A stretch of DNA of 64,000 nucleotides from Escherichia phage PHB12, in sequence record MK524178.1; one strand, written 5' to 3'. The notes under the pieces were generated by a model. The model was not told the DNA's origin. It did not search any database and worked only from the letters and a program-made list of their open reading frames with translations. The position numbers and the translations under genes are program-made. Shown piece after piece: positions 1 through 9,122 of this stretch (its first letter is position 1; every line of letters begins with the position of its first letter).

Positions 1-1
1 C

Positions 2-52
2 AGCCTTGGTAAGAACGCTTACTTCCGCCGTGTATATGTAAAAGGCATCTAA
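2..52 (+). CDS. 23: major capsid protein gp23, C-terminal fragment (partial, starts outside window)
   Basis: Translation ...SLGKNAYFRRVYVKGI* matches the T4 gp23 C-terminus; followed by a strong hairpin terminator. Confidence 0.85.
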   Translation, partial: SLGKNAYFRRVYVKGI

Positions 53-76
53 TCTTAATTGATTAAATCTTATTTT

Positions 77-100
77 GGGAGACTTCGGTCTCCCATTTTT
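77..100 (+). terminator. rho-independent terminator after gene 23
   Basis: GGGAGAC-TTCG-GTCTCCC hairpin followed by ATTTTT. Confidence 0.8.
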
Positions 101-104
101 GGTT

Positions 105-374
105 TTATTTCTGTGCAATTTCGATGTAAGTTTTCAAAATATTTTGCCAATTAGGCATACCTTCTTGGACGTATGCTGGGGAGCCGTCTTTGTTTTTGAA
201 TGATGCAAGTTTATCAGTGGCCCAATAACCTTTAGCTCGAGCTTCAGAATCAACTTTCATCCATACTTTGTTGAAGGCATTACCATTAACTTTTGCACCA
301 TATTTTTCTACTAACTTAACTGCTTCAGCTTCCAGAACTTTTAAAGTATCTCGTAAGAAACGGGCTTTAGTCAT
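105..374 (-). CDS. hypothetical early protein (89 aa) between genes 23 and 24
   Basis: Minus-strand ORF with its own upstream early promoter and SD (GGAG); no recognisable domain. Confidence 0.6.
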   Translation of the reverse strand: MTKARFLRDTLKVLEAEAVKLVEKYGAKVNGNAFNKVWMKVDSEARAKGYWATDKLASFKNKDGSPAYVQEGMPNWQNILKTYIEIAQK

Positions 375-404
375 TTTGTTTACTCCTCTGTAGTTGATAA
401 GTTT

Positions 405-434
405 ATAGTATCACATACCAAATACGTTGTAAAC
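405..434 (-). promoter_or_regulatory. T4-type early (sigma70) promoter for the 89-aa ORF
   Basis: On minus strand GTTTAC - 18 nt - TACTAT, about 30 nt upstream of the ATG. Confidence 0.6.
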
Positions 435-440
435 AATCTT

Positions 441-448
441 TATAAATA
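441..448 (+). promoter_or_regulatory. late promoter (TATAAATA) for gene 24
   Basis: Exact TATAAATA 28 nt upstream of the gene 24 ATG. Confidence 0.75.
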
Positions 449-475
449 ATCTATATCACATAAGGAAAAAATGCA

Positions 476-1756
476 ATGAGTAAAATCCAAAAATTATTGC
501 GTGAATCTACAACGTCTACTAGCAACTCAATTGGTCGCCCAAATCTCGTTGCTTTGACTCGCGCTACGACTAAATTAATATATTCTGACATTGTAGCAAC
601 ACAAAGAACTAATCAACCTGTTGCTGCTTTTTATGGTATCAAATATCTTAACCCAGATAACGAATTCACATTTAAAACTGGTGCTACTTATGCAGGCGAA
701 GTTGGATATGTAGACCGAGAAAAAATTACTGAGCTCACAGAAGAATCAAAAGCCACACTAAATAAAGGCGATTTTTTCAAATATAATAATATCGTCTATA
801 AAGTGTTAGAAGATACACCGTTTGCAGATATTCAAGAAAGTGATCTAGAATTAGCTCTTCAGATTGCAGTCGTTCATTTAAAGGTACGGTTATTTTCAGA
901 TGCAGCGGTAACAAGCAAATTTGAAAGCTCTGGTAGCGAAATTTCTGATGCAAGATTCCAGATTAATAAATGGCAAACTTCGGTCAAATCTCGTAAACTT
1001 AAAACTGGTCTTACGGTTGAATTAGCGCAAGATTTGGAAGCGAATGGATTTGATGCCCCTAACTTCTTAGAAGATTTGCTTGCTACTGAAATGGCCGATG
1101 AAATTAATAAAGATATTCTTCAGTCTTTAATTACTGTATCGAAACGTTATAAAGTTACTGGAATTACTGACACCGGATTTATTGACTTGAGCTATGCATC
1201 CGCTCCAGAAGCAGGTCGTTCATTATATCGAATGGTGTGTGAAATGGTATCACACATTCAAAAAGAGACAACTTATACTGCAACGTTTTGTGTAGCCTCA
1301 GCTCGTGCAGCTGCTATTCTTGCTGCTTCCGGTTGGTTAAAACATAAGCCAGAAGATGACAAGTATCTTTCACAAAATGCTTATGGATTCTTGGCAAATG
1401 GATTACCTCTTTACTGCGATACCAACAGCCCGTTAGATTATGTTATTGTGGGTGTTGTAGAAAATATCGGTGAAAAAGAAATTGTAGGGTCCATCTTTTA
1501 TGCTCCATACACTGAAGGAGTAGATTTAGATGACCCGGAACATGTTGGTGCATTTAAAGTTGTAGTTGATCCAGAAAGCTTGCAACCGTCTATCGGATTA
1601 TTGGTTAGATATGCTTTATCAGCAAATCCTTACACAGTAGCAAAAGATGAAAAAGAAGCGAGAATAATTGATGGTGGGGACATGGATAAAATGGCAGGAC
1701 GTTCAGACTTGTCTGTTTTACTCGGTGTTAAATTGCCTAAAATTATTATAGACTAA
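476..1756 (+). CDS. 24: capsid vertex protein gp24
   Basis: 426 aa; N-terminus and length match T4 gp24 (gp23 paralogue). Confidence 0.96.
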   Translation: MSKIQKLLRESTTSTSNSIGRPNLVALTRATTKLIYSDIVATQRTNQPVAAFYGIKYLNPDNEFTFKTGATYAGEVGYVDREKITELTEESKATLNKGDFFKYNNIVYKVLEDTPFADIQESDLELALQIAVVHLKVRLFSDAAVTSKFESSGSEISDARFQINKWQTSVKSRKLKTGLTVELAQDLEANGFDAPNFLEDLLATEMADEINKDILQSLITVSKRYKVTGITDTGFIDLSYASAPEAGRSLYRMVCEMVSHIQKETTYTATFCVASARAAAILAASGWLKHKPEDDKYLSQNAYGFLANGLPLYCDTNSPLDYVIVGVVENIGEKEIVGSIFYAPYTEGVDLDDPEHVGAFKVVVDPESLQPSIGLLVRYALSANPYTVAKDEKEARIIDGGDMDKMAGRSDLSVLLGVKLPKIIID

Positions 1757-1762
1757 TAAAAA

Positions 1763-1783
1763 GGGACCGTAAGGTCCCTTTTT
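1763..1783. terminator. bidirectional hairpin terminator between gene 24 and rnlB
   Basis: GGGACC-GTAA-GGTCCC flanked by A-run and T-run. Confidence 0.8.
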
Positions 1784-1785
1784 CG

Positions 1786-2784
1786 TTATGATACTAATTC
1801 AATCCATGCAGGACGCAGAACATCTTGCACCATTCGGACTAATTCTTTCTTAACAAGATTCGGATTATCAGATGACGTTAATACAATACCTTCACGAGAA
1901 GTTTCTTCCAGAATATCTTGAACAGTTAATCCCATCACTTTGCCAAAATCTTTTGGTGTTACAGTCCCAATCTTAGAAATCACGTTATTAACACGATTTA
2001 ATGTAACATAACAAGCTAGAACATCAAGCAAGTTTTTGTCAATTTCGGTTAATGGTACCTGAGTTTTAATAGGCTTATCAGACTTTTTCTTTTCACTGAA
2101 TTTAGAGTTCTTGCACTTAATAGCTACACGAGTACCGTTTGGCAGCCATTTAGGGAAACAAGGCTTCAGAACATAACCTTCTGCTGTATTATCGCCAATA
2201 ACATTAGCATCAAATACACAATTATTTGCTTCTACAAGGTCTTCTGACGCAGTAGCATTATAAGCGGCTAAGACTGAATCAAGGTCATTTGGAATCATGA
2301 TAAGAGAATCAAATGTTCCACGACCAAGCATTGGTGCCATTTTAAAACCGAATTCATTACAGAAATCTTGCATTTCGTAATCGGTCAAATACGTATTATC
2401 ACCACTTTCTGTATTGATAAGGATATCGAACACATAAAAATCTTTTTCACCGTAGTCAACACCTTTCTGGATTCCACCACCAGCGAATTCACCGAATACT
2501 TGATATGATACTGCTCGATCTGCGTGCATTAATTCCTGAACGGCTTTAATAGCTTTATCATACTTCTTGAGTACGATTTCATAGCCGTAAAAATCTTCTG
2601 CTGGAAGAATAGGGCCTGTGCGCTTGGCGCATGTGACGTTGTCACGTTCAATTATTAACGAGAAGTTGGTCCCATGGATTTTCTCACGTGCTACCCAAAC
2701 ACCAGTAGTCAAACCATTAGTGTAGAGTTTTTCAATAAACTTAGAGTTGTAGTGGTTTTCAAGACTGCTGTATTTCTTAAACAT
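1786..2784 (-). CDS. rnlB: RNA ligase 2 (RnlB)
   Basis: 332 aa; ligase motif [10 protein letters not shown] (KxHGxN-type) and C-terminus ...[11 protein letters not shown] match T4 Rnl2. Confidence 0.95.
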   Translation of the reverse strand: MFKKYSSLENHYNSKFIEKLYTNGLTTGVWVAREKIHGTNFSLIIERDNVTCAKRTGPILPAEDFYGYEIVLKKYDKAIKAVQELMHADRAVSYQVFGEFAGGGIQKGVDYGEKDFYVFDILINTESGDNTYLTDYEMQDFCNEFGFKMAPMLGRGTFDSLIMIPNDLDSVLAAYNATASEDLVEANNCVFDANVIGDNTAEGYVLKPCFPKWLPNGTRVAIKCKNSKFSEKKKSDKPIKTQVPLTEIDKNLLDVLACYVTLNRVNNVISKIGTVTPKDFGKVMGLTVQDILEETSREGIVLTSSDNPNLVKKELVRMVQDVLRPAWIELVS

Positions 2785-2872
2785 AAATCACCATTATAAA
2801 TAATATCAAAATAATTAGCAGAGACTCTATCTCTGGTCCAATGTTTAATTTGAATGGATAGAACCTAGATTC

Positions 2873-2898
2873 ATTATACCATCAAAAAATGTAAAGCA
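2873..2898 (-). promoter_or_regulatory. MotA-dependent middle promoter candidate for rnlB
   Basis: Minus strand aTGCTTTA (MotA box) - 13 nt - TATAAT. Confidence 0.5.
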
Positions 2899-2900
2899 TA

Positions 2901-3152
2901 CTAGAACTTGATTTCTATCCAGTGCCCATCACGCTGGTCGTGATTAATTTTGTACTGAAAGCCGTTATCACGGAACCACTGGCCGATTTGCTCGGTGATA
3001 GTTAAATCATTCTTTGACGGATAGTATGTAAATTGTGTCTGGCCTTTGTCAGCGGCTTTCTCTGCCATAACAGAGAAGTTAGTAATAAAATCTTTCAACA
3101 AATTGGCTTTAGTGGCCAGGGCCCTTTCTCTTAATTCCTGTGCAAAACTCAT
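2901..3152 (-). CDS. hypothetical protein (83 aa)
   Basis: ORF in rnlB-hoc interval, same strand as neighbours. Confidence 0.6.
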   Translation of the reverse strand: MSFAQELRERALATKANLLKDFITNFSVMAEKAADKGQTQFTYYPSKNDLTITEQIGQWFRDNGFQYKINHDQRDGHWIEIKF

Positions 3153-3349
3153 TTCTTCACCTTTTTGTTAATCAAACGTTTACGGTATACAACTTTTTCT
3201 TTTGCTTTAAACTTTGACCGAGCTGTCTCGGCTTTAGTCCATAGTAATCCAACTTCTTTAGGTTGTAAACCGATTTTTTGAGCAATTTCTACGAATGAAA
3301 ATCCCGCCTCATGTAATGTATAAACTTCAACTTCAGCTCTCATAATCAA
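3149..3349 (-). CDS. hypothetical protein (66 aa)
   Basis: ORF overlapping the downstream gene by 4 nt. Confidence 0.55.
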   Translation of the reverse strand: MIMRAEVEVYTLHEAGFSFVEIAQKIGLQPKEVGLLWTKAETARSKFKAKEKVVYRKRLINKKVKK

Positions 3350-3410
3350 TCCCGTATTATTTGGTTTGTGCCATTATATACATCAATCTCAAGACGTGTT
3401 TGTATGCTTT

Positions 3411-3437
3411 AAAAACGAAGAAAGGGGCCGAAGCCCC
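3411..3437 (-). terminator. hairpin terminator after hoc
   Basis: GGGGC-TTCG-GCCCC on minus strand followed by TTTCTTCGTTTTT. Confidence 0.7.
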
Positions 3438-3443
3438 TTACGA

Positions 3444-4574
3444 TTATGGATAGGTATAGATGATACCAGTTTCTAAAGCAGTTTTATGAATGATGTATCC
3501 ATTACGTGATTCTTGAACATCAACTTCTGGATAGTCTTTCATCATCTTCTGAAGGGTGTAACGATGCAGGTAATATTTACTATCTGGGTCGTCAGTTTTC
3601 CAATCTTTACCTTCTTCAGTCATTTTTTGGATTTCATCCATAACCCACCAACCGCACCAGATATAAGCTGAAGTACGATGTGGAAGAGGATGAACATAAG
3701 GTAATTCACCTTCTGATTCCGGAGCAACTTTATCAGTTACCTGAACTTGACCTGTTGTTTTAACTGTTTTGCTATCATAGTCAGTTGCTGTAACGACAGC
3801 AGTAACTTCAATAGTTTGACTTCCAACAGATGAGGTATCAATAGTATATACGTTAGTTGACCCTTCTACAGGAGAAGAATCTTTCTTCCACGAGTAAGTA
3901 ATTTGTGCTGCGTCAGGTGCGCCAGTAACATTAGCAGTAAATGTAGCCGAAGCATCTTGCTGAACGTTAATAGAAGGAGGAGTCAATGCAATCTGTGGAT
4001 TCATTGTCTTCTTATTAACCGTCAATGATACTTCATTAGAAGTAACGCTCAGTGCATCATAATCTGTCGCTGTTACTTGAGCTACACACTTGATTTTTTT
4101 AACTCCGCTTGTAGTAGGAGTGTAATTGAATGTAGCGCTAGTTGCTTCGCTCACAGGAGAACCATCTACATGCCACTGATACGTAGCAGATGCGCCTGGT
4201 GGTTGAGAAGCTAAGGCCGCAGTAAATTGAACTGGGGTTCCAATTACTCCAGCTGAAGGACTATCAGGAGTTACAGCTAAGGTAGTCGTCTGTGTCTTGT
4301 TTTGAACTGTGATAGTTGTAGTAGCTTCTGCTGTTTCAGCATCAGAATCAGGAATAGTATTTGTTGCAACTACCTTAATAGTCTTTTGACCGGCAGGTCC
4401 TTTTAATACATAATCAAAAGTTGCTTCAGCTCCATCTTGTGGAACATTATCTACAGTCCAAGCATATGTAATAGGTCCATCTCCAGTTTGACCACTGGGT
4501 GTAGCAGTAAACTGCTTGGTTTCATCAATAACTCCTGTTGGTGTTTTAGGAGTTATATCAACTGTAAAAGCCAT
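3444..4574 (-). CDS. hoc: Hoc, highly immunogenic outer capsid protein
   Basis: 376 aa; N- and C-termini match T4 Hoc (MxFTVDITPKTPTG ... ALETGIIYTYP); Ig-like repeats. Confidence 0.95.
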   Translation of the reverse strand: MAFTVDITPKTPTGVIDETKQFTATPSGQTGDGPITYAWTVDNVPQDGAEATFDYVLKGPAGQKTIKVVATNTIPDSDAETAEATTTITVQNKTQTTTLAVTPDSPSAGVIGTPVQFTAALASQPPGASATYQWHVDGSPVSEATSATFNYTPTTSGVKKIKCVAQVTATDYDALSVTSNEVSLTVNKKTMNPQIALTPPSINVQQDASATFTANVTGAPDAAQITYSWKKDSSPVEGSTNVYTIDTSSVGSQTIEVTAVVTATDYDSKTVKTTGQVQVTDKVAPESEGELPYVHPLPHRTSAYIWCGWWVMDEIQKMTEEGKDWKTDDPDSKYYLHRYTLQKMMKDYPEVDVQESRNGYIIHKTALETGIIYTYP

Positions 4575-4583
4575 AAGTTATCC

Positions 4584-5252
4584 TTATTTTAATGTTACGA
4601 AAGAAGAATTACGAGATTCACGAATTAGAACTGATCCATCGCGATTAATATAATAAATTAAGCTAAATAATGTTTGGTGAGCAGAAGCATGCACAAAACT
4701 AGTTGGGCGAGATTTCCAATCTGGGGTTTCGGCTATCCATTGATAAATCCACCAAGGAACAGTAACATATCCTGGGGCTTTGCCTAATTTAATGAGTGTA
4801 GGACTAAAATTTTCAGGCAGAACAAATTTTACTTCTTTATTTACCTCTGCCTCAGGCTCTTTTTCAGATTCAACAACCTGTGTAATTGCTTCTTCGAATT
4901 TATCATGGTCGAATTCTTTTTCTTGTTCGACAACTTCTAATACTTCAACTTGTTCTGTTGGAGAATCAAACAACAGAATAGCTTCTTCTTTAACTTCTTC
5001 GTTGGTGAAATTAACACCGTCTACATCATCTGCGGCAGTAATTAAATCGGTGATAGATAATCCATCAGTTTCAGGTAATGGTTCATCAGCCAGTGCGTTA
5101 AGAGCTTCTTCGATATCAATAACAATATTGTCGAATGATTTTGTTTTCTTAACACTAATGCCAAATTGTTCCGCATATTCAAACAGTTTAGCTTTGGCTT
5201 CCTTTTTATCAGAAAGAGCACGTAACTCTTCAATATAGTCTTTATCGATCAT
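4584..5252 (-). CDS. inh: Inh, inhibitor of prohead protease
   Basis: 222 aa; position and length match T4 Inh; acidic middle, conserved C-terminus. Confidence 0.85.
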   Translation of the reverse strand: MIDKDYIEELRALSDKKEAKAKLFEYAEQFGISVKKTKSFDNIVIDIEEALNALADEPLPETDGLSITDLITAADDVDGVNFTNEEVKEEAILLFDSPTEQVEVLEVVEQEKEFDHDKFEEAITQVVESEKEPEAEVNKEVKFVLPENFSPTLIKLGKAPGYVTVPWWIYQWIAETPDWKSRPTSFVHASAHQTLFSLIYYINRDGSVLIRESRNSSFVTLK

Positions 5253-5265
5253 GGTATTTCCTCAT

Positions 5266-5273
5266 TATAAATA
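5266..5273 (+). promoter_or_regulatory. late promoter (TATAAATA) for uvsW
   Basis: Exact TATAAATA 30 nt upstream of the uvsW ATG. Confidence 0.7.
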
Positions 5274-5302
5274 TAACTATATTTATTACATGGTAATTTG
5301 AC

Positions 5303-6817
5303 ATGACTGACATTAAAGTACATTTTTATGATTTTAGTCACGTGCGCATTGAATGCGACGAAAGTACGTTTTACGAACTTCGTGACTTTTTTAGTTTTGA
5401 AGCTGACGGGTATAAATTTAACCCAAAATATCGCTATGGGCAATGGGATGGTAGAATTCGACTTTTAGATTATAACCGTTTGTTACCATATGGACTTGTA
5501 GGACAAATAAAAAAGTTCTGTAACAATATGAGTTATTCTGTATGGATTGACCCTAAAATCTTTGAGACAGAAGACCTTACCAGGGAAGATTTTGACGCAT
5601 GGCTTTCTAAACAAGAAATTTATTCGGGCAATTCCAAAATCGAACCACATTGGTATCAAAAAGATGCAGTATACGAAGGACTAGTTAATCGTCGTCGAAT
5701 TTTAAACCTTCCGACATCAGCAGGTAAATCACTAATCCAAGCACTTTTAGCTCGATATTATCTAGAGAACTATGAAGGTAAAATTCTCATTATCGTCCCT
5801 ACAACAGCATTGACAACCCAGATGGCTAATGATTTTGTTGATTATCGCTTGTTTAGTCATTCGATGATTAAGAAAATTGGCGGTGGTGCTGATAAAGCAG
5901 ACAGAGATAAAAACGACGCTCCAATTATTGTTGGCACATGGCAAACAGTAGTTAAGCAGCCTAAAGAATGGTTCTCTCAGTTCGGTATGATGATGAATGA
6001 TGAATGCCACTTAGCAACAGGCAAAAGTATTTCTTCAATCATCTCAGGATTAAATAATTGCATGTTTAAATTCGGTTTATCTGGCTCATTAAGAGACGGA
6101 AAAGCCAATGTAATGCAGTACGTAGGTATGTTCGGCGAAATCTTCCGTCCTGTTAGCACGTCTAAATTAATGGAAGACGGACAGGTAACTGAGCTTAAGA
6201 TTAATAGTATTTTCCTTCGTTATCCGGACGAATTCACTGTTAAATTAAAAGGTAAAACATACCAAGAAGAAGTTAAAATTATTACCGGACTAAAACGACG
6301 TACAAAGTGGATTGCTCAACTTTCAGTCAAATTGGCTAAGAAAGACGAGAACGCCTTTGTAATGTTTAAACACGTTACACACGGTAAAGAAATATTTGAA
6401 GCTATTAAAGAGCTTGGATACGAAAAAGTTTATTACGTATCAGGTGAAGTTGATACTGAAACACGTAACGCGCTTAAAGTCATGGCAGAAAATGGTAAAG
6501 GCATTATTATTGTCGCATCATATGGAGTATTCTCTACTGGTATTTCAGTCAAGAATCTTCATCATGTTATTTTCGCCCATGGTGTTAAATCAAAAATTAT
6601 CGTACTTCAAACCGTAGGTCGCGTGCTTCGTAAGCATGGTTCTAAAGCTGTTGCTACAGTTTGGGATCTCATCGATGACGCAGGTGTAAAACCTAAATCA
6701 TTAAATACTAAAAAGAAGTATACTCATCTTAATTACTTGTTAAAACACGGTATTGATCGTATCCAACGTTACGCTGATGAGAAATTTAACTATGTAATGA
6801 AAACAATTAATTTATAA
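5303..6817 (+). CDS. uvsW: UvsW DNA/RNA helicase (SF2)
   Basis: 504 aa; Walker A LPTSAGKS, DECH box, helicase C-terminal motifs. Confidence 0.95.
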   Translation: MTDIKVHFYDFSHVRIECDESTFYELRDFFSFEADGYKFNPKYRYGQWDGRIRLLDYNRLLPYGLVGQIKKFCNNMSYSVWIDPKIFETEDLTREDFDAWLSKQEIYSGNSKIEPHWYQKDAVYEGLVNRRRILNLPTSAGKSLIQALLARYYLENYEGKILIIVPTTALTTQMANDFVDYRLFSHSMIKKIGGGADKADRDKNDAPIIVGTWQTVVKQPKEWFSQFGMMMNDECHLATGKSISSIISGLNNCMFKFGLSGSLRDGKANVMQYVGMFGEIFRPVSTSKLMEDGQVTELKINSIFLRYPDEFTVKLKGKTYQEEVKIITGLKRRTKWIAQLSVKLAKKDENAFVMFKHVTHGKEIFEAIKELGYEKVYYVSGEVDTETRNALKVMAENGKGIIIVASYGVFSTGISVKNLHHVIFAHGVKSKIIVLQTVGRVLRKHGSKAVATVWDLIDDAGVKPKSLNTKKKYTHLNYLLKHGIDRIQRYADEKFNYVMKTINL

Positions 6818-6842
6818 GGGCTTCGGCCCTTAGGAGATAAAA

Positions 6843-7076
6843 ATGGTACTTGAATTTAAACAATTTTTATACGAAGCATCTATTGACGAATTCATGGGTA
6901 AAATTGCTAGTTGTCATACCTTAGAAGGGCTTGAAGAATTGGAAGCTTATTATAAGAAACGTATAAAAGAAACGGAATTAAAAGATACAGATGATATTTC
7001 TGTCAGGGATGCCTTAGCAGGTAAGCGTGCCGAACTTGAAGGCGATGAGGATGAGGATGAGGAAGAAGACTTCTAA
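6843..7076 (+). CDS. uvsW.1: UvsW.1-like acidic protein
   Basis: 77 aa, acidic C-terminus, SD AGGAG upstream; position matches T4 UvsW.1. Confidence 0.8.
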   Translation: MVLEFKQFLYEASIDEFMGKIASCHTLEGLEELEAYYKKRIKETELKDTDDISVRDALAGKRAELEGDEDEDEEEDF

Positions 7077-7132
7077 TTAAAAAAGGCCCGACCTTTTTGG
7101 AAGGGCCAAAAACCATAGGCAAAAAGGTAACA

Positions 7133-7300
7133 CTATAGTAAAAGTTGGGTTTCGTTCAATTGCTCTTCTGAACTTTCTGAAACCGGCAATTGTTGGACAT
7201 AATTATAACAAGGACCAGGATGTGCTGGTCCTTTGTCTGTTTCAACAACCAATGCAGAATCGATTGGAGTTTTACAGACAACACAAATCTTATCTGACAT
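7133..7300 (-). CDS. small Cys-containing protein (55 aa), not in supplied ORF track
   Basis: ATG with strong SD (GGAGG); MSDKICVVCKTP...GPCYNY has CxxC plus a downstream Cys; late promoter upstream. Confidence 0.5.
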   Translation of the reverse strand: MSDKICVVCKTPIDSALVVETDKGPAHPGPCYNYVQQLPVSESSEEQLNETQLLL

Positions 7301-7329
7301 GATTGCCTCCTAAGTTGAAATTACATATC

Positions 7330-7337
7330 TATTTATA
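7330..7337 (-). promoter_or_regulatory. late promoter (TATAAATA on minus strand)
   Basis: Exact match overlapping the stop of the upstream ORF, 30 nt before the 55-aa ORF. Confidence 0.55.
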
Positions 7338-7557
7338 CAACTCGCATGCACATATCGATACCCATATCTTTTGTATAAAAATACTCATCGATGTACCCAG
7401 CAAACTTCCCTTTAATATAAAGGACGTCTTCGCCACAAGGGTGGTCTGCCAGAATACGAATATCCTGACGACGTAGACGATACTTTTCCATTAAGAATTT
7501 AATTTCAGTTTCAAATTCTTCATCATTATTAAAGGCATCTTCAATCGAATAACGCAT
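7333..7557 (-). CDS. hypothetical protein (74 aa) downstream of uvsY
   Basis: ORF whose start overlaps the uvsY stop. Confidence 0.6.
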   Translation of the reverse strand: MRYSIEDAFNNDEEFETEIKFLMEKYRLRRQDIRILADHPCGEDVLYIKGKFAGYIDEYFYTKDMGIDMCMRVV

Positions 7558-7970
7558 TATTGACCCGCTTCAAATTCTCGCATATCCTGGATATGTTTAA
7601 GTGCAAAACTACGAGACTTAACTGCGTCAAGTGCACCACTACAGAACTCAAGTAAAATTCCCCAGTATTGTAAAGTAGTCTCTATTTTAAGCACATCTTT
7701 ATCTGCAGCCAGGACAGTTTTCATTTCAGATTTCTCGTATCGGTCCATACTGAATTCATCACCGTCACCTCGTCCCGAGTAGTAGTCTAATCTTGCTTTT
7801 AGAGCAGTTTTCTTCTGAGTCTCTATACGCAACATTTCTTTACGAATAAATGAGTGCTTACGTAGCCATTTGCTGTATAACTTAACATTATTCGCCGTCT
7901 CATATTGCAACTTTGTCATATCAATAGCTAAGTCTGCGTCTAACTCTTCCTGTAAATCTTCCAGCTTCAT
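7557..7970 (-). CDS. uvsY: UvsY recombination mediator
   Basis: Start set at internal Met (MKLEDLQEEL..., 137 aa) matching T4 UvsY; the track start at 8051 is an in-frame extension. Confidence 0.92.
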   Translation of the reverse strand: MKLEDLQEELDADLAIDMTKLQYETANNVKLYSKWLRKHSFIRKEMLRIETQKKTALKARLDYYSGRGDGDEFSMDRYEKSEMKTVLAADKDVLKIETTLQYWGILLEFCSGALDAVKSRSFALKHIQDMREFEAGQ

Positions 7971-8025
7971 AATGTTCTCTCTTTTAACTAATAATCTCCC
8001 GGCTGTATCGGAAGGACCTAAAACC

Positions 8026-8050
8026 ATTATACACAGGTTGCCTTGAAGCA
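8026..8050 (-). promoter_or_regulatory. MotA-dependent middle promoter upstream of uvsY (position of T4 oriF)
   Basis: Minus strand aaTGCTTCA - 12 nt - TATAAT, inside the 3' end of gene 25. Confidence 0.65.
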
Positions 8051-8449
8051 TTACACTCTATTGCTTGACGCTAACTGAAGTTTAATTTGTTCAATATCGT
8101 CAGGGTTGTCTACGACCGAAAATCTAATCTCTACTATAACCGTATAGTCATCATATACTGGCGTTACACTTACAGAAAGTTTATCGATGCGTGGCTCATA
8201 GTTACGAACAGCTGCCTGTATATTACGCTCAATCGTATCGGCTGTAAGTGGTGTCATGTTCTCGAAAAGTTCGTCGACCAAATCGCATCCAAATTCAGGG
8301 TCGAAGGGGCGTGAGCCTTTTCTAGTTGTCACTATGCCAAGAAGACTATTTTTAATAGAACGAAGTCCTACAGAACGAGCAACGTCCTTGTTCCAATCCA
8401 TACGCATTTCTGGGTCGATATCTGAATAAAGTTTATTGATATTAGACAT
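8051..8449 (-). CDS. 25: baseplate wedge subunit gp25
   Basis: 132 aa; matches T4 gp25. Confidence 0.95.
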   Translation of the reverse strand: MSNINKLYSDIDPEMRMDWNKDVARSVGLRSIKNSLLGIVTTRKGSRPFDPEFGCDLVDELFENMTPLTADTIERNIQAAVRNYEPRIDKLSVSVTPVYDDYTVIVEIRFSVVDNPDDIEQIKLQLASSNRV

Positions 8450-9075
8450 TATAGTAACTCAAAGAATTCTTTGAGGCCTCGTATTGTGTGAACGTGTGAC
8501 GCCCCACATTTGGGACATTTAATAGGGGTTGCCAGATAAATTGATGGCGATACTAAAAGATTTTTAATATTGATCATGTCATCTTCTGTTATAAGGCCGT
8601 AAAGGCCGTTTATTTCTGCTTCAGTTAAATCTTCAACAGGGATGGACTCTCCATTGACAAAAACGGCCTCAATACATGAAGCAATCATTAATGCGATATT
8701 TTTATCGTCAAATAATTTAGGTTGACGGAACTTAATTTTAATACCGCTGAACGAATACCAGGGATCGGCCTGTTCATCTAATTGAGTGTGCAATAAATTC
8801 ATATAGACTTGAAATGAATGCCCACAGGAACAATTCCAGGTGTGTTCTTGATTCACTTCACCTAATGAATGTGCCCACAGATTTACCAGCAATAACTCGG
8901 CTTCTTGTTTAGTCAAGTTTTTAGCGTTAGAGCAATTAGTGATAATATTGTTCACTGCTGATTCAATAGTACCGGTAGCCCGCGCACCAATGAGTCCTAA
9001 ATATTCTTTTAAAGTAAAGGCTCTACAATTCACTTCTTTATCGCCTAAACGTACGGTAAACGTATATTTGTACAT
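8449..9075 (-). CDS. 26: baseplate hub subunit gp26
   Basis: 208 aa; length and position match T4 gp26. Confidence 0.93.
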   Translation of the reverse strand: MYKYTFTVRLGDKEVNCRAFTLKEYLGLIGARATGTIESAVNNIITNCSNAKNLTKQEAELLLVNLWAHSLGEVNQEHTWNCSCGHSFQVYMNLLHTQLDEQADPWYSFSGIKIKFRQPKLFDDKNIALMIASCIEAVFVNGESIPVEDLTEAEINGLYGLITEDDMINIKNLLVSPSIYLATPIKCPKCGASHVHTIRGLKEFFELL

Positions 9076-9093
9076 GTTAACTCCTTTATTGTG

Positions 9094-9101
9094 TATTTAT
9101 A
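9094..9101 (-). promoter_or_regulatory. late promoter (TATAAATA, minus strand) for gene 26/25
   Basis: Exact match; overlaps the divergent plus-strand late promoter. Confidence 0.7.
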
Positions 9102-9105
9102 AATA
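9098..9105 (+). promoter_or_regulatory. late promoter (TATAAATA) for gene 51
   Basis: Exact match 18 nt upstream of the gene 51 ATG. Confidence 0.7.
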
Positions 9106-9122
9106 ATAGAAAAGGAGTAATT

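Noticed and set aside
2795-2802. Plus-strand TATAAATA between rnlB and the next minus-strand ORF
   Set aside because: No plus-strand gene downstream; likely a chance occurrence in AT-rich DNA, though an antisense late transcript cannot be excluded
4780-5238. 152-aa plus-strand ORF antisense to inh
   Set aside because: Ser/Thr-rich low-complexity translation of the antisense strand of a well-supported gene; no SD or promoter
7971-8051. N-terminal extension of uvsY to the track start at 8051
   Set aside because: Extension overlaps the middle promoter and the gene 25 end; the internal Met gives the canonical 137-aa protein
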